Shown here piece by piece: positions 35,752 through 50,000 of a DNA stretch of 64,000 nucleotides. The number at the start of each line of letters is the position of its first letter. Position 1 is the stretch's first letter. Made by a program: the position numbers and the translations under genes. Below the pieces are notes generated by a model. The model saw only the letters and a list, made by a program, of their open reading frames with translations, was not told the origin of the DNA and did no database searches. Source of the stretch: Octopus sinensis (lineage: Eukaryota); the NCBI RefSeq assembly GCF_006345805.1, contig NW_021832602.1, positions 230,243 to 294,242 of the forward strand. The letters are read 5' to 3'.

Positions 35752-37699
35752 CTGATAGCCAATCTACATTTGCCGCAAAATCTCATATATATTTGATAAT
35801 AAATTTTTAATCTTAAAATAGATACGACAAATACTAGTATATGTGTTGCAAAAATAAATTTAGAACAAAATTGATTTTTTTTAAATTGAATATTAACATT
35901 AAAAAACATTTTTATGAATATGAATTAAAAGTTATCTCGAAATTTTTATTTATCTGGATTTAGATCATTTTACCTTAAACAATTAGATAATCAAATTTTT
36001 CAAAAATCATATTTTTCAAAATGGTAATAATTAGAATACACTTATCGGGGAATCACTCTCGTAGTTGTTCCTACATGCAATTTAAAAGTAATATTAAGTC
36101 GAAAATGCTTTTTGAGAGATTATTTACAATAGTTTATTTTAAAAATTTATTTGTGGTTTCATATCTAATCTAAAAATAAAAAAATTATATATTTTCATGT
36201 AAACAAAAATATGATATTGATAGTTTCTAGATGACAAAATTAATTAACGAAAAAAACTGTTTCATACTAAGAGCATCACTTGAGAACAGCAAGTACTTGC
36301 TCAATGTTTATGAAGTTTTGCAAGACTGATAATCGGGAACTCAAGATGAGCAGCCCTCATAAAACAATCTGCATCCAACTTGACTATTATTTGCAATATT
36401 TTGTAATCACTCCAGCTTTTTTTGTCACGCAAATAATTTGATTATTATTAAAAGCACTTTCACAGGACCAAAGAATGTAAATTAACTAAAATCCCTTTTC
36501 GAAATTCTATTCATCTGATTTCTTTATCGGTATTTGTTCCTTGTTTTTGCTCTTAGTCCTAGGTTTTTCGCACATTTAAGTTTTCTTCCAAATCATTAAG
36601 ATCCTTGTTTAGAGCAACGGGAATGGCGACTCTAGGTCTTTCTCTGAACAATGTTTTGTTTTCTATTTAAATATTTTGATGTTCACTATTAAAGAAGAGT
36701 GAATCAGTAGTTTGTTAATCAAAAAATGAAAATTTAACAATAAACACAATAAAGTTTAAATTAACAAAGTATACAGTAACACAAAAACGAGAACAAAAGT
36801 AAAGAACTAATGTCTTCTTTGATCTTATTTATTTTTAATGATTTTGTCAAATTTTAGCATTTTGTTGATAACGACAATACGAATGTCATGTTCATGATTA
36901 TGGCGATTTTTTTATTTAGTTTTAATTACCAAAAGAGAGCTGAATCCTGACTCACATAGGTATGTCGTTGCAAATGGAATAATATACTTTGAACAGGATG
37001 GACAACCTGCATCGGAGAGGCAGACGTCCGATGGACAGAACATCATTCTTGTCATTGCAAAAGATACTGAGTGCATGATCCGGAAAGACTAGGTTAAATC
37101 TGTTTTTTCCCAAGAGCAGAAATGGGGGGCCTACCTTGCTTCAGTGCTTCAGTCAACGATTTAGTTCGAACTTATCGTTGAATGCACTGAAGAAGCTGGT
37201 CAAGATCTCCCTTCCTGGCTCGTGGGGGAGAACTGGCGCTGCGGTTACGCCGACAGGATTCCACTCGTGTTCTGAACAAGAGCATCAAAGTAGCGATAAC
37301 TCACTACTCTTGCAGGTTAATGAGATATTTGGTAGGCATATCTCTACGAATCGTGTTGTCCTCCTTGTGGACCGCAAAGTGACCCAAAAGATATCTCGGT
37401 GGCAACTCAGGATTTTTGGACCGCAGAAACATTTTTCGTAATTTATGTTAGTCTAATTATATATAATTTTTAAAATTAGTGTCCTGAGGTCTTGGGTCTA
37501 CTTTACTTAAGCCGAGCAATTTATCCAAAAATATTTCATCGTGCTTGAAAACCTTTTATCAAATCAGTACGAAAAATTCTTTTGCAAAGAAATCCATAGG
37601 ATGGAGAGTAATACCTTGTCGTACAGATATCATTTCTAACATGCTCGGAAGTTCTCAACTTCACATTCTGAAACATATCTCACATAAAATGATACTGTT

Positions 37700-38600
37700 A
37701 GTAGACAAATAAATCATTTCGCTGAGAATATTTTGTCAATTTTAATTGACAAGATTAAGTCGAGGAAAAATCCCCAAATGTTATTGGCATACATTTCTTG
37801 TTTTCCCGTCGTGCATTGATGAAGAAAACAATGCCTAATGATTCGAAAAATGTTATGAATTTCATGATAAAAACGATAAGTTATATTAAACGAAACACCC
37901 AATTCGCCTATTTGCTGAATTATGCAAAGAAAATGCAAAGACTGAATTATGCAAAGACTCTTTTATTGCTTTCAAAAGTTATTAAAGAGAGCATTTATAT
38001 TACGAAAAGAAATACAAGAATTTCTTAAAGACGTCAAACTAACTGTTTAACAAGAAAGGAATTCGAGAGAAACAGTTGGTAATAAAGCGGAGAAAATGTT
38101 TCTCCAATTTTATGGTGATTTGAAACATGAAACAAACTACTGACTGCAAGAGCAGGAATTCTGCAGGTTATTAATTTAAAGAAAACACATATGGCTACTA
38201 TTGCAGAATTCTTATCTCTAAAAATTCAATACTGGAAATGTAAATGAATTGACAATAAAGAATCGGATAAATATCCAACGTGAATATTTACGGAAAAAAG
38301 AAGCCCTTTCACTCTATTTTGTGCAATGTCTGAAGAATACTGAAGTTGATGTAATGAATCTTGTGAATGGCTAATCCATGCAAACATTTACCTTTAGACT
38401 GAAGAAAGCCTGTGCCTGCTGCAAGACGGAAACTTGTTTTTTAATATCAAAGAAAATAAATGTAGCCACTACAACTCATCCAAAAAGATCGTTAATCACC
38501 TTGCTACCAGGTGTGTGGGAATGCTTTACGACCTCCTAAATAGAGAGACCTTTCAATATAATTTCCGATGGCTGCAGTTTATTTTGAGTGATTTTGTGTC
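37700..38600 (+). mobile_element. Degraded Buster-type hAT transposase
   Basis: RALMKKTMP...RLFAELCKE...LLKRAFILRKEIQEFLKD. Confidence 0.55.
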
Positions 38601-38827
38601 CATTTATCCCAAATGAAAACTTTGAGTTTAGGTCCTTTTAAAAAGAAAGGGCATATCCCTTTTTTAGAGAATTTAAACTGCATGTATTCTTTAACAGATT
38701 TTTCCATTTAATAAAACACAAATTTTCATCAAAGAATCTACACTAAAAATAGCCCGGGATAAATATTTGATTTAAAAGTCCACAAAGAATAAAGTCAATT
38801 TAAAGAAATAAAAGTTTTATCATGAAC

Positions 38828-40016
38828 TTATTCAGAGGGAAGCCTGCGAATCTTATAGTTCTCGAAGATAGAACTGACTAGGTCAGTCACCAAAGGATCC
38901 GTGGAGTTATTAGAAATTATTCTAATGGCAAAAACCCCATCTTGCATTAAAAAATCCTTCACAAAGTCCCTCAAATTTCCTTGATCAACAAGATCATCTC
39001 GAATGTGTTTTCTTATGTATTGAACACTGCTATTCGTAGACACAAAGTACCAACACCACTTGACTAGACTGTACGCATTGGAACAGACCATCATGACTAG
39101 CCAGAACCAGTAGAAGCCAAAAATGGCCTCAGAGAACAAATTTATAGGAAGCACACACTGCACTGTGTAACGATGTCCTTTGATTTGGTATCCCAGTTCC
39201 CGTATATGAACGTCACAATAAGTGCTTTTGGGAAAATAGTTAGAAACTTCATAAGATTTCCCGTATTTAAAGTTGTGGAGTAAACGAATTCCGTAAAAAC
39301 TAATTGCCCCATTCGATAGCAAAATGTCTGTGAGTATGCACTGAGCGACCGTGTTGACAAAGTACATACATTTTGTTAAGATGTACAACCAACTGAGGTA
39401 GCGGCCATATTTTTTACCTCCACAACAAAATGTAATGGCCATAAGTTCTTTTATAATATCTACTGTTTTTTCTTCATTCCTCCGCTTTCTCATTTCAAAA
39501 TATTGTTGAAAATGCATCGTAGATAATTTAACAAACCTATCTCTGTCCCCAGTGTTACCTGCTTCAATATACTTGTTTGCCACTCTGATCATGCTGTCAA
39601 GGCTCATTCCACTTTTCTCATTATTAGCCCTCCAAAATAGGCATGGAATTTGATAGAGAAAGGCCAATCCAAGCAGGATAAAAGGCATCCATTGATAGTA
39701 GTTAAGTTGAGGCTTGGAATCAAGGTCTTCGGTTTCAGGAATATATTGGTCCATAGGGATATAATATGTGTTTTTCACCCAGCATATATCATTAGTATAT
39801 GCAACATAATTAACTTAATTAAAGAATTAATTGGTACAAACATGTAAATTGTGCTGGACACCAACACTTGATTGGGGTTCCGATATATTGATAAGTCGAT
39901 ACTACGACTGTGAATAAAATCAGAAGCATTGACGAATAAGTATGATTGAGACGATCAGTCCTGTCGTCGTCTGCTCGAACATTTACACTGTAGTAGACTA
40001 TGTCATACAAATCCAT
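38828..40016 (-). CDS. inx: Innexin C (2 exons, 28-nt intron), older paralogue
   Basis: YIGTPIKCWCPAQF, ICW, YYQWMPF, FPKSTYCD, CVLPINL and DGVF; shares upstream non-coding sequence with A and B. Confidence 0.95.
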
Positions 40017-41299
40017 CTGATAGGCAATCTACATTGCGGCAAAATCTTATATATATTTGATAATAAACTTTTAATCTTAAAATAGATACGACAAATACTA
40101 GTATATGTGTTGCAAAAATAAATTTTAAGCAGATTTGAATTATTTGAAATCCAATAAAAACATTAAAAAACATTTTTATAAAAATGAATAAAAAAGATAT
40201 CTCAAAAATTATCTGAATTTAGATCATTTTTACCCTCAAAGGATTAAATGATAGACTTTTCCCAGATTCATATTTAATTTAAAGATTCTAATAATTAGAA
40301 TACACTTATTGGGGAATCATTTCCCTAAGTTGTTTCTACCTACAATTAAAAAGTAATATAAGGTCAACAAATGCTTTTTAAAAAATTATTTACACTATTT
40401 ATTTGCCTTTAAAAATTTATTTGTGGTTTTATATCTAATCTAAAATTAAAAAAATGTATTTTCATATAAACAAAAATGTAAAACTGCTAGTTTTTACATT
40501 ACCAATTTAATCAACGACAAAATGACTGTTTCATATTAAGAGCATCACCTGGGTACAGCGAGTACTTGCTCTATATTTATGGAGTTCTTCAAAACTGATC
40601 ATCGCGAACTCAAGGTGAGCAGCCTTCTTAAAAATTTGACTGCATCGAATTTATCTATCAGTTGCTGTATTTGGTGAGCACTTCGATTTGTTTATTGCAA
40701 AAAGAATTGCATAGACTTTATGAAATTTCCTCCACCTGTTTGTCTGAAAACCTTAATTATAAATGGATTTCGATAATAGACCGGATAAAACCAGTTTATG
40801 AACCAATTTAAAGACTCTTTTTTCTTTAAATAAAATTTTCCTATTATATGGCTTTGTGATTTCTCAGTTTTCACTCATTTATATTTCCCATTGTGACCTG
40901 GAGTTTCAAATATCAAAAAAGATGGTCACAGTAGATATGGATGGTAACTCTGACCCACGGAGATCTATCTCTAGCAAATATTTCAACTCACGTGAGACTG
41001 TCCGTTGACGTGCAGTTAACGTCGCGATCTTTAATCACTAAATTTGCCAGGAATGTTTAGGGATACTTACACTAGAAGACTTGCTTAAACAATGACAAAT
41101 AATAGATTTTAAGTGAGAGACAAGCATACTTTTCCTGTAAATGAATAGCCATCCATGAAGCCTGCTTTCATCCTACTGTAAAAAGCTACGGGACATGAGA
41201 GCGATTAGGATCTAAAGAATGAATGCGACCCTCAGTGGTAGCGAGGCATTAAAAGAAAAGGCTAACAGGTTGAATACAAGCCGTTAAACGATTCGTCAA

Positions 41300-42400
41300 T
41301 AATTTGTAATGAAAAAATCAAAAAGTGATTCTGATTCATCAATTTCCGGGGAAGGTTCTTTAGTATTTTGTTAAGTGATAATCTCCAGATGGCCCTTGTG
41401 AAGATTAGGTCGTATATTAATGCTGATCTTTTTTTCTGTTGCCCAAGAAAATTTTCAACAGAGTTTTTTCCAGATCTGCACAGGTAGCACGTATTTTCTT
41501 TTTGTCGACGGTTTTACAAAGATTATGAGCCGGGTGGTAAACAGTCCAGGATTCATCTAAAAGTAGAGCCCACGCATTTAAGATGGTCAGCAATAGGCAG
41601 GATTTTTGTTTCATAATGGAGGTTCTCAATAAGGGAAGATTTTAAACATCCGGTTATCTTTCTAAGCCAAGCATTGTAAATTCTCAAGAGAGGAGGCATA
41701 GTTCATTGTAATTTGGATAAATTGTTTGTATATCAGTTTTAAACTTTCTTTGGTTTATCAAAAAAATAATCAGAGACTGTAAGTAGTGGATGCAGCTTGC
41801 GCCTGGCTTTAGTAAATATCGTATTCATGTGAGTAGAGAAACTTCGAGATTGATTATAAGTGAAACCCAAAAATTTTGGGATTTTTTTGTGAGTAAACGA
41901 TTTCCAAATATAAAGAGTGATGGTTTATGGTTGAGTTCACGTTTGTTGGTCGTGAAGAGTGTTGCGGTTGATTTAAATAATGAGATGGTTAATTGTTGTT
42001 TGGATGAATTGTTTGTATATCAGTTTAGATAGTTGTTGTTTATATAAATTGCAAGTAGTTGGTGGCCTTTTATAGATTGCTATTTCTTGATGCAATGATT
42101 ATATTGTCTGCGTATAAGAACAGTAATGTATTCTTGGTGACTGGTGCGTCACTTAAATTGAGGTTGAAAAGAGCTGGCAATAGCACTGAGCTTTGCATGA
42201 CTCCATTCGGTAAGTATCGGCAGCAGAACTTGTATTTTCTGAACCGATAAAAAAAGTTGTTAGCCAACATTTAGGGTTGTTGAAATCAGTCATAACAAAT
42301 TTATTACTCAGAACATGTCTTGAAGTACCATCGCCCTAGTGATAACATCAAAATTCGGTAAACAAAAAATCAATAATCATTTTCCAAAAATTGATTTGAA
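41300..42400 (-). mobile_element. Degraded Jockey-like LINE RT
   Basis: GVMQSSVLLPALFNL...LFLYADNIII. Confidence 0.65.
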
Positions 42401-43799
42401 TCCTAAAACTTGATTTTTTAAAAGTTATTTGGCTCATATTTCTAAACATAATTATTCATATTATGTCAAATCTGATTTTAAGATTACACCAATATAAATA
42501 AACACAATTTATTATTTACCACGACCAAATAACACGCAGTTGTTTCAAAAAAACTAATCTGTTTTTGTCTTATTCATATTCTCAAAAGCAATTGTATGAT
42601 TTAAAAACATTAAAGTAAACTTGAAAGTCGATTTATGTTCTCAATGAAAATAGTTGACCTCAGCTTTTTTATCTTGTAAGAGGCCAGGTGTTATGAATAC
42701 AGGAACACAAGTAAATTACTAGAAAGTATAAAGTAATGCAATTACTTTACCGTTTACTTATAGTAATAATAGATTAGTTTTAATTTTACATGTTTAAAGA
42801 AAAAAACCATTTAAAAATTACAGTAACATCATATGAAACCCGAACCAGGCTCGAGATAAAACATGGCTGGCTTATACATTCCCATGTGACGTTGAGAAAA
42901 ATTACTAAAGTATTATCATTTAGTTTATTACGTAGTAATTTGACTAGGAATTGAGTCGACTTTATTCACTTGTTGATCTATTAAGGGACGTTTTGGTAGG
43001 GGATAATTCTATTTTAAATGATATTAAAACTAACTGAGTCGGGAATTTGATTTGGTGTAAATCTTTTAACAGATTTTGTCATTTTATAACACACAAATGT
43101 TAATTAAAGAAACCCACACTAAATAAATTGCGCGCGGTAAATATTTTATTCAATTAATAAAACTATAATATAAATAAAACATACTTCCAATATAGTGATC
43201 CGCTCTAATGGAGACACCAGATATACTACAATCCCTCACTTTTAAAAGTTCTCCGTAAAAAGACAAACTTCTCTTGTTTTTGAGCATGTTTTTATATCCT
43301 TTTTTTCATAACTAAATTAGTCTCGATGTCTGAAGAGACCAACTTAATATTGTACAGGAGGGAGTGATGCTAGATAACAGACATTTTGTTAAAGAAGGCA
43401 GAAAACATTTAATGTAAGGTCATATTTTATGATCCATAGTAGGAAAAAAATTTGCACTACAGCATATCAAACCATATGGAACTGGTTTGTATATCCTTTT
43501 AATGTCGGGAAAAAGTAATTGGATATCTAATTACTAATTGGATGTGGTAGGCGTACTTTTCGTCGGGTATCTAACCAAAAGAATATCTATGGCCATAGTC
43601 AGAGGCAATATTCTAGCTATCTGCCAGTGACCAGTTTTCTTTAGTCCTTCTTATAAATTAGTTATTCAATTTGAATCGTTAAATTATAATCAACTAAATT
43701 ATTTTCATTAGAAATCTAGTTTGTCAGTAATTTCCTTTTTTTGTCTGAAAAAAGAGTTTTGCACAAGCTTTCTTTCATTTTCCATTCACACATAAAAGT

Positions 43800-45150
43800 T
43801 TTTGCGAACAGAGAGTTTCAAAAGAGTGAATCACTCAAGCAACCTTCCTGCATCAAGATCTAACTTTGATTGAAAAAGGATTTAAATCAGCAGACGATCT
43901 CGAGCACCTGAACAGAGGGACTTGGAAGCGATTAACAAAACGCATCCAGGAGAGGGTGGCACAAGCAAGGAAATGATTTTTACTTTTGCCTCATAGAACA
44001 CCAGTTCGTTTGCAAAGTCAAAAATTTTATGGAAGTAAATGAAAATTCAATTCTTGTTGGGGACGTAAATGCGAGGCATACTGCATATTGGTACGTGAAG
44101 TCAAATCATGGTGGAAATTGTTTATTTAAGATTAAAAATTCTTCAAATTTTTAAATTTTAACGTCCAAAGAGCTTAGCCGCTTTCAACTTCTAAGTGGTA
44201 ATCGATTAGAATTGTTTATTGTTGAGAATGGCTTAAGTAGTTTGTGTGACCGGCCTTATGTTGAAAATGATGTGGGGAGAGACCATCTTCTACAAATGAT
44301 GAAATTATGAACGGGAACAGTTCTCAATGAGGATGTATTTCTTGGTTATAATATCAGCAACATTGACCTAAATTATTTCAATTTTTATGTCTATGAAATT
44401 GGCAAATACTCAAGAATTTAAATACTAAATCTTGATTAGATCAATTATTTGGATGAAAGAATGAGAAATAATATTCTAGGTTATCTTGAGGACTATGGAA
44501 AAAAGGTTTTTCTTTTCATACAAAAATCGATTTTATAGTGGTGAATTTGCACATTTTAATTCCATAGACTTTAGGCGTAAGATATATTCTTGGTATATTG
44601 GAATATGTAACTAATATTATACTATCAACCCATTATTGAGTGTATACTGTCCCTAACTCTTTTATTATATATTCCAATTGATGCGCTATTGCACAATTGC
44701 ATTGAACCTGTGTAAAGTGCGATAAATAGCACGCTTGGGTTAAATTGTATTGCTAACAAATAATATGAAGCGGTGAATATCAAAAATTTTGATGTTATGA
44801 CTATCCATAATAAAAAGTTTCGGAACTAAAACCACAAGTAGACTAAGCTTATTAAAAGTTAAGAAGTCAAAAATGAACTTGGAAAGTGAATTACTACGGA
44901 TTGAAAACCAATTGTCGATAGGAATTTTTCTTAAGAGAGGAGTTCCACAGGGATCTGTCCACTTTTATTTAACTGTTTGATGTACGACATTTTTCAAATA
45001 GATCATCCTAACATGGAGATGATCATTTACGCAGATGATATTTTAATTATAAATTTTTTTATGAGCAATGGAAATTACCAGATTGTTGGTTTGCATAAAT
45101 TTTGTTAAAAATAATAACTAATGAATCAGGAATACGTATAGAATTTAATT
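43800..45150 (+). mobile_element. Degraded LINE (EN plus RT)
   Basis: NSILVGDVNARH, RGVPQGSV and IIYADDIL, separated by many stops. Confidence 0.6.
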
Positions 45151-45710
45151 TTCATGTTTAATTAGAAAATTGCTGATAGACTTATATAATCTGATGTCTA
45201 AACTTAATTTTAATTTGTTAATTTACTGTGGTTACATAACCTGCTGGTAGAAAATAGCGATTAAAATCACATACTGTGTTCAAATAATAATTATTGTTGC
45301 ATCAATTAAATAAGGAAATATATAATTTTTGTTGTCTATTTTCTTTTTTTAGCAGATTAGAAAAAATATTGACTTTTAATCCGATAAATAATTTTAATTA
45401 ATCAAATTTGATACAAGTAAATATGGAAAAGCGAAACTTTCAATTTCACTATAATGTATTTACCGCGTGATAATTTTGTTATAAATAGTTTTCGCTAAAA
45501 AAACAAAAAATATAAAAATGGATGAGTGGGAAAAGGCTGAACAAAAAACTATTGGAGAATTCATGAGTGAAGTTAGGTCGGCTTTAGAAAAAGCAATAGA
45601 ACGATCAGGGGACTTCTTACGTTGCCCGGTAATATCATAGAGCCAATTTTTAGAGTCCTGACGATGACGATTTTTGGGAAAAAAAGTTCTCACTTTTTTT
45701 TAATTTAGAC

Positions 45711-47078
45711 CAGGGGTCACCAAACTTTTTGCACTCGCGAACGGATTGACCCCACAACAATGAACGCGGGCCGGAGCACGTGCATAGGATTATAATTTTA
45801 TTAGATATTCATAAGTGTATTTTTACAATAAAAACTAATTTAAACAAAAATAAAGTAAACAAAAATTTTAATGAGAGTTATAGAACTGTGATCTTTTTTT
45901 GATAACTTCATCAATATTTGGTTTTAAATTGCTGCATCCTATCATGAGAATTGATTTTAAGTATCCGTCAATCTTGCACGATGGGCAGACTTAACATATT
46001 TCATCCTCGAAAACGTTTGCTCACATTGGTAAGTTGTGCCAAATATAGAAATCATCTTTATCGCAAAATTCTTTAGTCTCGGAAACTCATCATCCTTGAG
46101 ATATTCGTAGAACTCAGCGAGTTTGGTCCGTCTGTGACAATCTTTGAGCTGTTCATTTGATTGTAAGTCAATCACTTCTAATTGTAATTCATGTTGAACA
46201 TTTTCAACATTACAAGAAAATGGATTTTCGAACAAAATTATATCGCTTTCAATTTTGTCAAGTTCAGAAAACTTATGTAAAAAATGATGTTTTAATTCTT
46301 TGATAATTCCAAAAAAGAAGTTGCGATGTTCCCGAAATGTCAACTGACTCATCCAATGCAAGAGAATACCACAACATATTACTTGTCTTTTCACAAATTT
46401 GTAAATATATATTTTTTCCAAGCTCTTCAGTTCTCCGTGATACAGAACTCGCCGACAAACTTATTCCATCAAATAAGGAAGAATTTAGTGGGCACAAACA
46501 ATTAACTGCTTCAATAATGCAATTTTTGATATACATCCCATCACTAAAGGGTTTCCCGTGTTGTGAAATAATTTTCGTTATCTCGTATCCAGCTCTTGTT
46601 ACATTTTCATTATTTTCAAAATTTTTTTTTATAAGGCCTTGTTGAATTTGTAAAGTGCGTTTCAGTGATTCAACTTTATCCTCACGTAGCTTTCCAGTGT
46701 ACTTGGAATATATCGGAGCATGATTCGTTTCATAATGACGTCGAATGTTATACTCCTTCATAACAGAGAGATGTTCGTGGCATATTAAACAATAAGCTTT
46801 CTGCTTTAATTCATCTTTCGCAAAAAAATACTTCAATTCCCATAATTTATTGAATACACGGCATTCGCGGTCAACCTTTCTTTTCATATTAGACATAGCA
46901 ACAAAGAAAAATTTAACGTTAATGCTGATAAGTTTTTTTTCGAATTAAATCTTGCAAAATAGTTTTATTTAAGTTAATTATTAAGGTATTAATTGAATAT
47001 CTCGAAATAGTGCGCGGGCCGGATAAAATGTTGTCGCGGGCCGGATCCGGCCCGCGGGCCGTAGTTTGGTGACGTCTG
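45711..47078 (-). mobile_element. SPIN/GTF2IRD2-like hAT, internally deleted
   Basis: TIRs caggggtcaccaaac/gtttggtgacgtctg; TSD atttagac. Motifs KRKVDRECRVFNKLW, CLIC, SLALDES and FGTTYQCEQTFS. Confidence 0.93.
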
Positions 47079-48336
47079 ATTTAGACGATAAACAATCGGT
47101 TATTCATATTAATCATTACTAATAACTTAACATTTAATCTAACACAATGAAAATCATTTTTAAAATTGATACTGATGGCTTTGTTTTAAGAATTACGTTT
47201 TAGAAATAAGCTAGATATTTTTTGTATAAATTGTGGCTAGAGCTTTTTATAAATTGTGGTTTTTTATAAATTGTGGCTAGACTAGATTCGAACTGGACTA
47301 AATTAAAAATAGAATATGACTAAATTCGGTCCATTCTCTCTATTTTGAATTTAAAAATTTTTAATTTATTTATGGTGTCAATAAATTTTTTCAAAATGAA
47401 TTTAATTTTGTGTCGTTACTCTAAAAAATTAAGAGCCAATTAACTTCCCAATTAGGTAAGCATTCAAAAAGATTTTATAAAACATTTCCTATCAGTCAAT
47501 CTTTAAAAATATAGAAATTCAAAATCATAAAAATTCATGAAATACTAAAATTTATCTTACAGGCCTCGCCTCTATACCGGACAATTCTGTGGATCAACAT
47601 TAATTTTGACATAAAAATTAGACATTTAAAAAAAGAAAGAAAATTCAAAAGTGTGTCGCATTAGTTTCTGTGTCAATTTTGTAAAGAACGATGATAATTT
47701 GTCGATGATAATTTGTCCAGACAAACAAAAGTTGTTAGAATGTGCTATCTAGAACAGTGGTTCTCAACGGTGGGCGATTCGCCCCCTAGGGGCGATTTTT
47801 TCTGCCAGGGGGGCGATGGCTGATTGCTAATATTTGAAAAATTAAAATCTTATGTTAGAAGTCGATAATCTTTGAAAAAATAAAGATATATAATCCAGTC
47901 TAATAATATTTATTAATAATATGATATTTTTATTATATTTTATTAAAATTTCTAAGCGTGATTTCTAGTTATCTTTATGGGTCGTGTTCAAAAAAAAGTC
48001 AGAATGTATAAAGATGAATATATTTCTCTTGGATTTATTAAAGATCCTCAAGATCCTAATAAACCACTTTGTCTTCAATGTGGTACAATTTTTTCGAATG
48101 AGGCAATGAAACCGTCTCGTTTGATTGAACATTTAAAGCGAAAACATCATAATTCAATTGGAAAAAAGCCAGACTTTTTTCTAGAATTAAAAAAGAATTT
48201 TGAAAATAAAAACACCTTACCGTCAATCTTTAATAAAAATATATCTCAAAATGTCTCTGGATTATCTTATTATTCATATAAAGTTGCAGAGATAATCGCA
48301 AAAACTGGTTGCATTATTATTTTAATTTATAGGTAA

Positions 48337-48763
48337 GAAAAAAGTAAGCAATTGGGTGGCTAAGGGAATTGTCGAGGGCCTGAGGGTCAGCTCAGCGATG
48401 CCGCGCTGCGTATTGAGTGGCAGTTTCCGCGGAGCACAGCAACCGAGATTCGCTGGAACAGCCAGCTCGTCTCCCTTCGGTCGTTTGTTTTTGTGGAGAT
48501 TTTTCTACCAATGGCGGTGAGGAGTTGAGTCGCAGCCTTTCCGACGATTCCAGAGGTTTCGAAGGCGAGGGGGGCAAACTCAAAAGCGTCCGAAATACAC
48601 CGGTATTTCGTCATCTTTGTCTCTTCAACCAGCGCACTGGCGGAACCCGGGTTTGCGACAGTCCTGGGAAGCATTGTCGCCGAAAAAGAGTCGACACACG
48701 TGGCATCCCAAACCAGGGACTTGCCTTCCCTAAAAGGAAAGGTCGTCATCCCGTCGGGACGCA
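48337..48763 (-). mobile_element. 5'-truncated CRE-like retrotransposon (RLE domain)
   Basis: RPDGMT...SLVWDATCVDS...PLAFETSG...WLFQRISVAVLRGN; 13-bp TSD aatttataggtaa. Confidence 0.88.
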
Positions 48764-48918
48764 AATTTATAGGTAATGCCCATTCGATTGCAGAAAATGT
48801 CATCCGTCCTTGTTTAAATCTTAATAATAAAATGGTATGGTGTGTGTCTGTCTGTCTGTGTGTCTGTCTGTGTGTCTGTCTGTCTGTCTGTGTGTGCACA
48901 CCAACTTCAAATTGGCAA

Positions 48919-50000
48919 TACGATGTCCTCGACTTACATGATGAGGTCCTTAAAACCTTCCCCCCAAAAAAATAAAAAAAAAATTTTCTGCATTTTGGTT
49001 AAAATGAACAACTACAATGTCCTCGACTTACATGATGAAGTCCTTAAAACCTTCCCCCCCAAAAAAATTAAAAAAAATTTTCTGCATTTTGGTTAAAATG
49101 AACAACTACAATGTCCTCGACTTACATGATGAAGTCCTTAAAACCTTCCCCCCCAAAAAAATAAAAAAAAATTTTCTGCATTTTGGTTAAAATGAACAAC
49201 TACAATGTCCTCGACTTACATGATGAAGTCCTTAAAACCTTCCCCCCAAAAAAAATTAAAAAAAATTTTCTGCATTTTGGTTAAAATGAACAACTACAAT
49301 GTCCTCGACTTACATGATGAAGTCCTTAAAACCTTCCCCCCCAAAAAAAATTAAAAAAAAATTTTCTGCATTTTGGTTAAAATGAACAACTACAATGTCC
49401 TCGACTTACATGATGAAGTCCTTAAAACTTCCCCCCCAAAAAAATTAAAAAAAATTTTCTGCATTTTGGTTAAAATGAACAACTACAATGTCCTCGACTT
49501 ACATGATGAAGTCCTTAAAACCTTCCCCCCCAAAAAAAATTAAAAAAAAATTTTCTGCATTTTGGTTAAAATGAACAACTACAATGTCCTCGACTTACAT
49601 GATGAAGTCCTTAAAACCTTCCCCCCAAAAAAAATTAAAAAAAAATTTTCTGCATTTTGGTTAAAATGAACAACTACAATGTCCTCGACTTACATGATGA
49701 AGTCCTTAAAACCTTCCCCCCAAAAAAATTAAAAAAAAATTTTCTGCATTTTGGTTAAAATGAACAACTACAATGTCCTCGACTTACATGATGAAGTCCT
49801 TAAAACCTTCCCTCCCAAAAAAAATTAAAAAAAAATTTTCTGCATTTTGGTTAAAATGAACAACTACAATGTCCTCGACTTACATGATGAAGTCCTTAAA
49901 ACCTTCCCCCCAAAAAATCAAAAAATTATTTTCTGCATTTTGATTAAAATGAACAACGCGAATGTCCTCGACATTCATGATGAGGTCCATTAAAACCTTC
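48919..50000 (+). repeat. Tandem array of 11 units of 93-96 bp plus a diverged partial unit
   Basis: Units tacaatgtcctcgacttacatgatg...aaaatgaacaac start at 48919, 49013, 49107, 49201, 49295, 49391, 49484, 49580, 49675, 49769 and 49865. Confidence 0.97.

Larger units (their letters stand above)
25861..37203. repeat. Tandem segmental duplication: unit 1 at 25861-34050 (inflated by TEs), unit 2 at 34051-37203
   Basis: 25861-28390 matches 34051-36610 closely. 32080-32378 plus 34015-34050 matches 36868-37203. The junction has a 2-nt GA microhomology. Confidence 0.9.

Noticed and set aside
26687-39847. Repeated small ORFs overlapping the innexins (MAVKNM..., MFDLSH...)
   Set aside because: They are alternative-frame or antisense shadows, repeated only because the genes are duplicated.
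42400-43200. Possible structured RNA in TE-poor intergenic DNA
   Set aside because: No tRNA, snRNA or rRNA motif or convincing hairpin could be identified by eye.
48919-50000. Regular repeat array as a CRISPR
   Set aside because: Units are contiguous with no unique spacers, there are no cas genes, and the array lies inside a Helitron in a eukaryotic genome.
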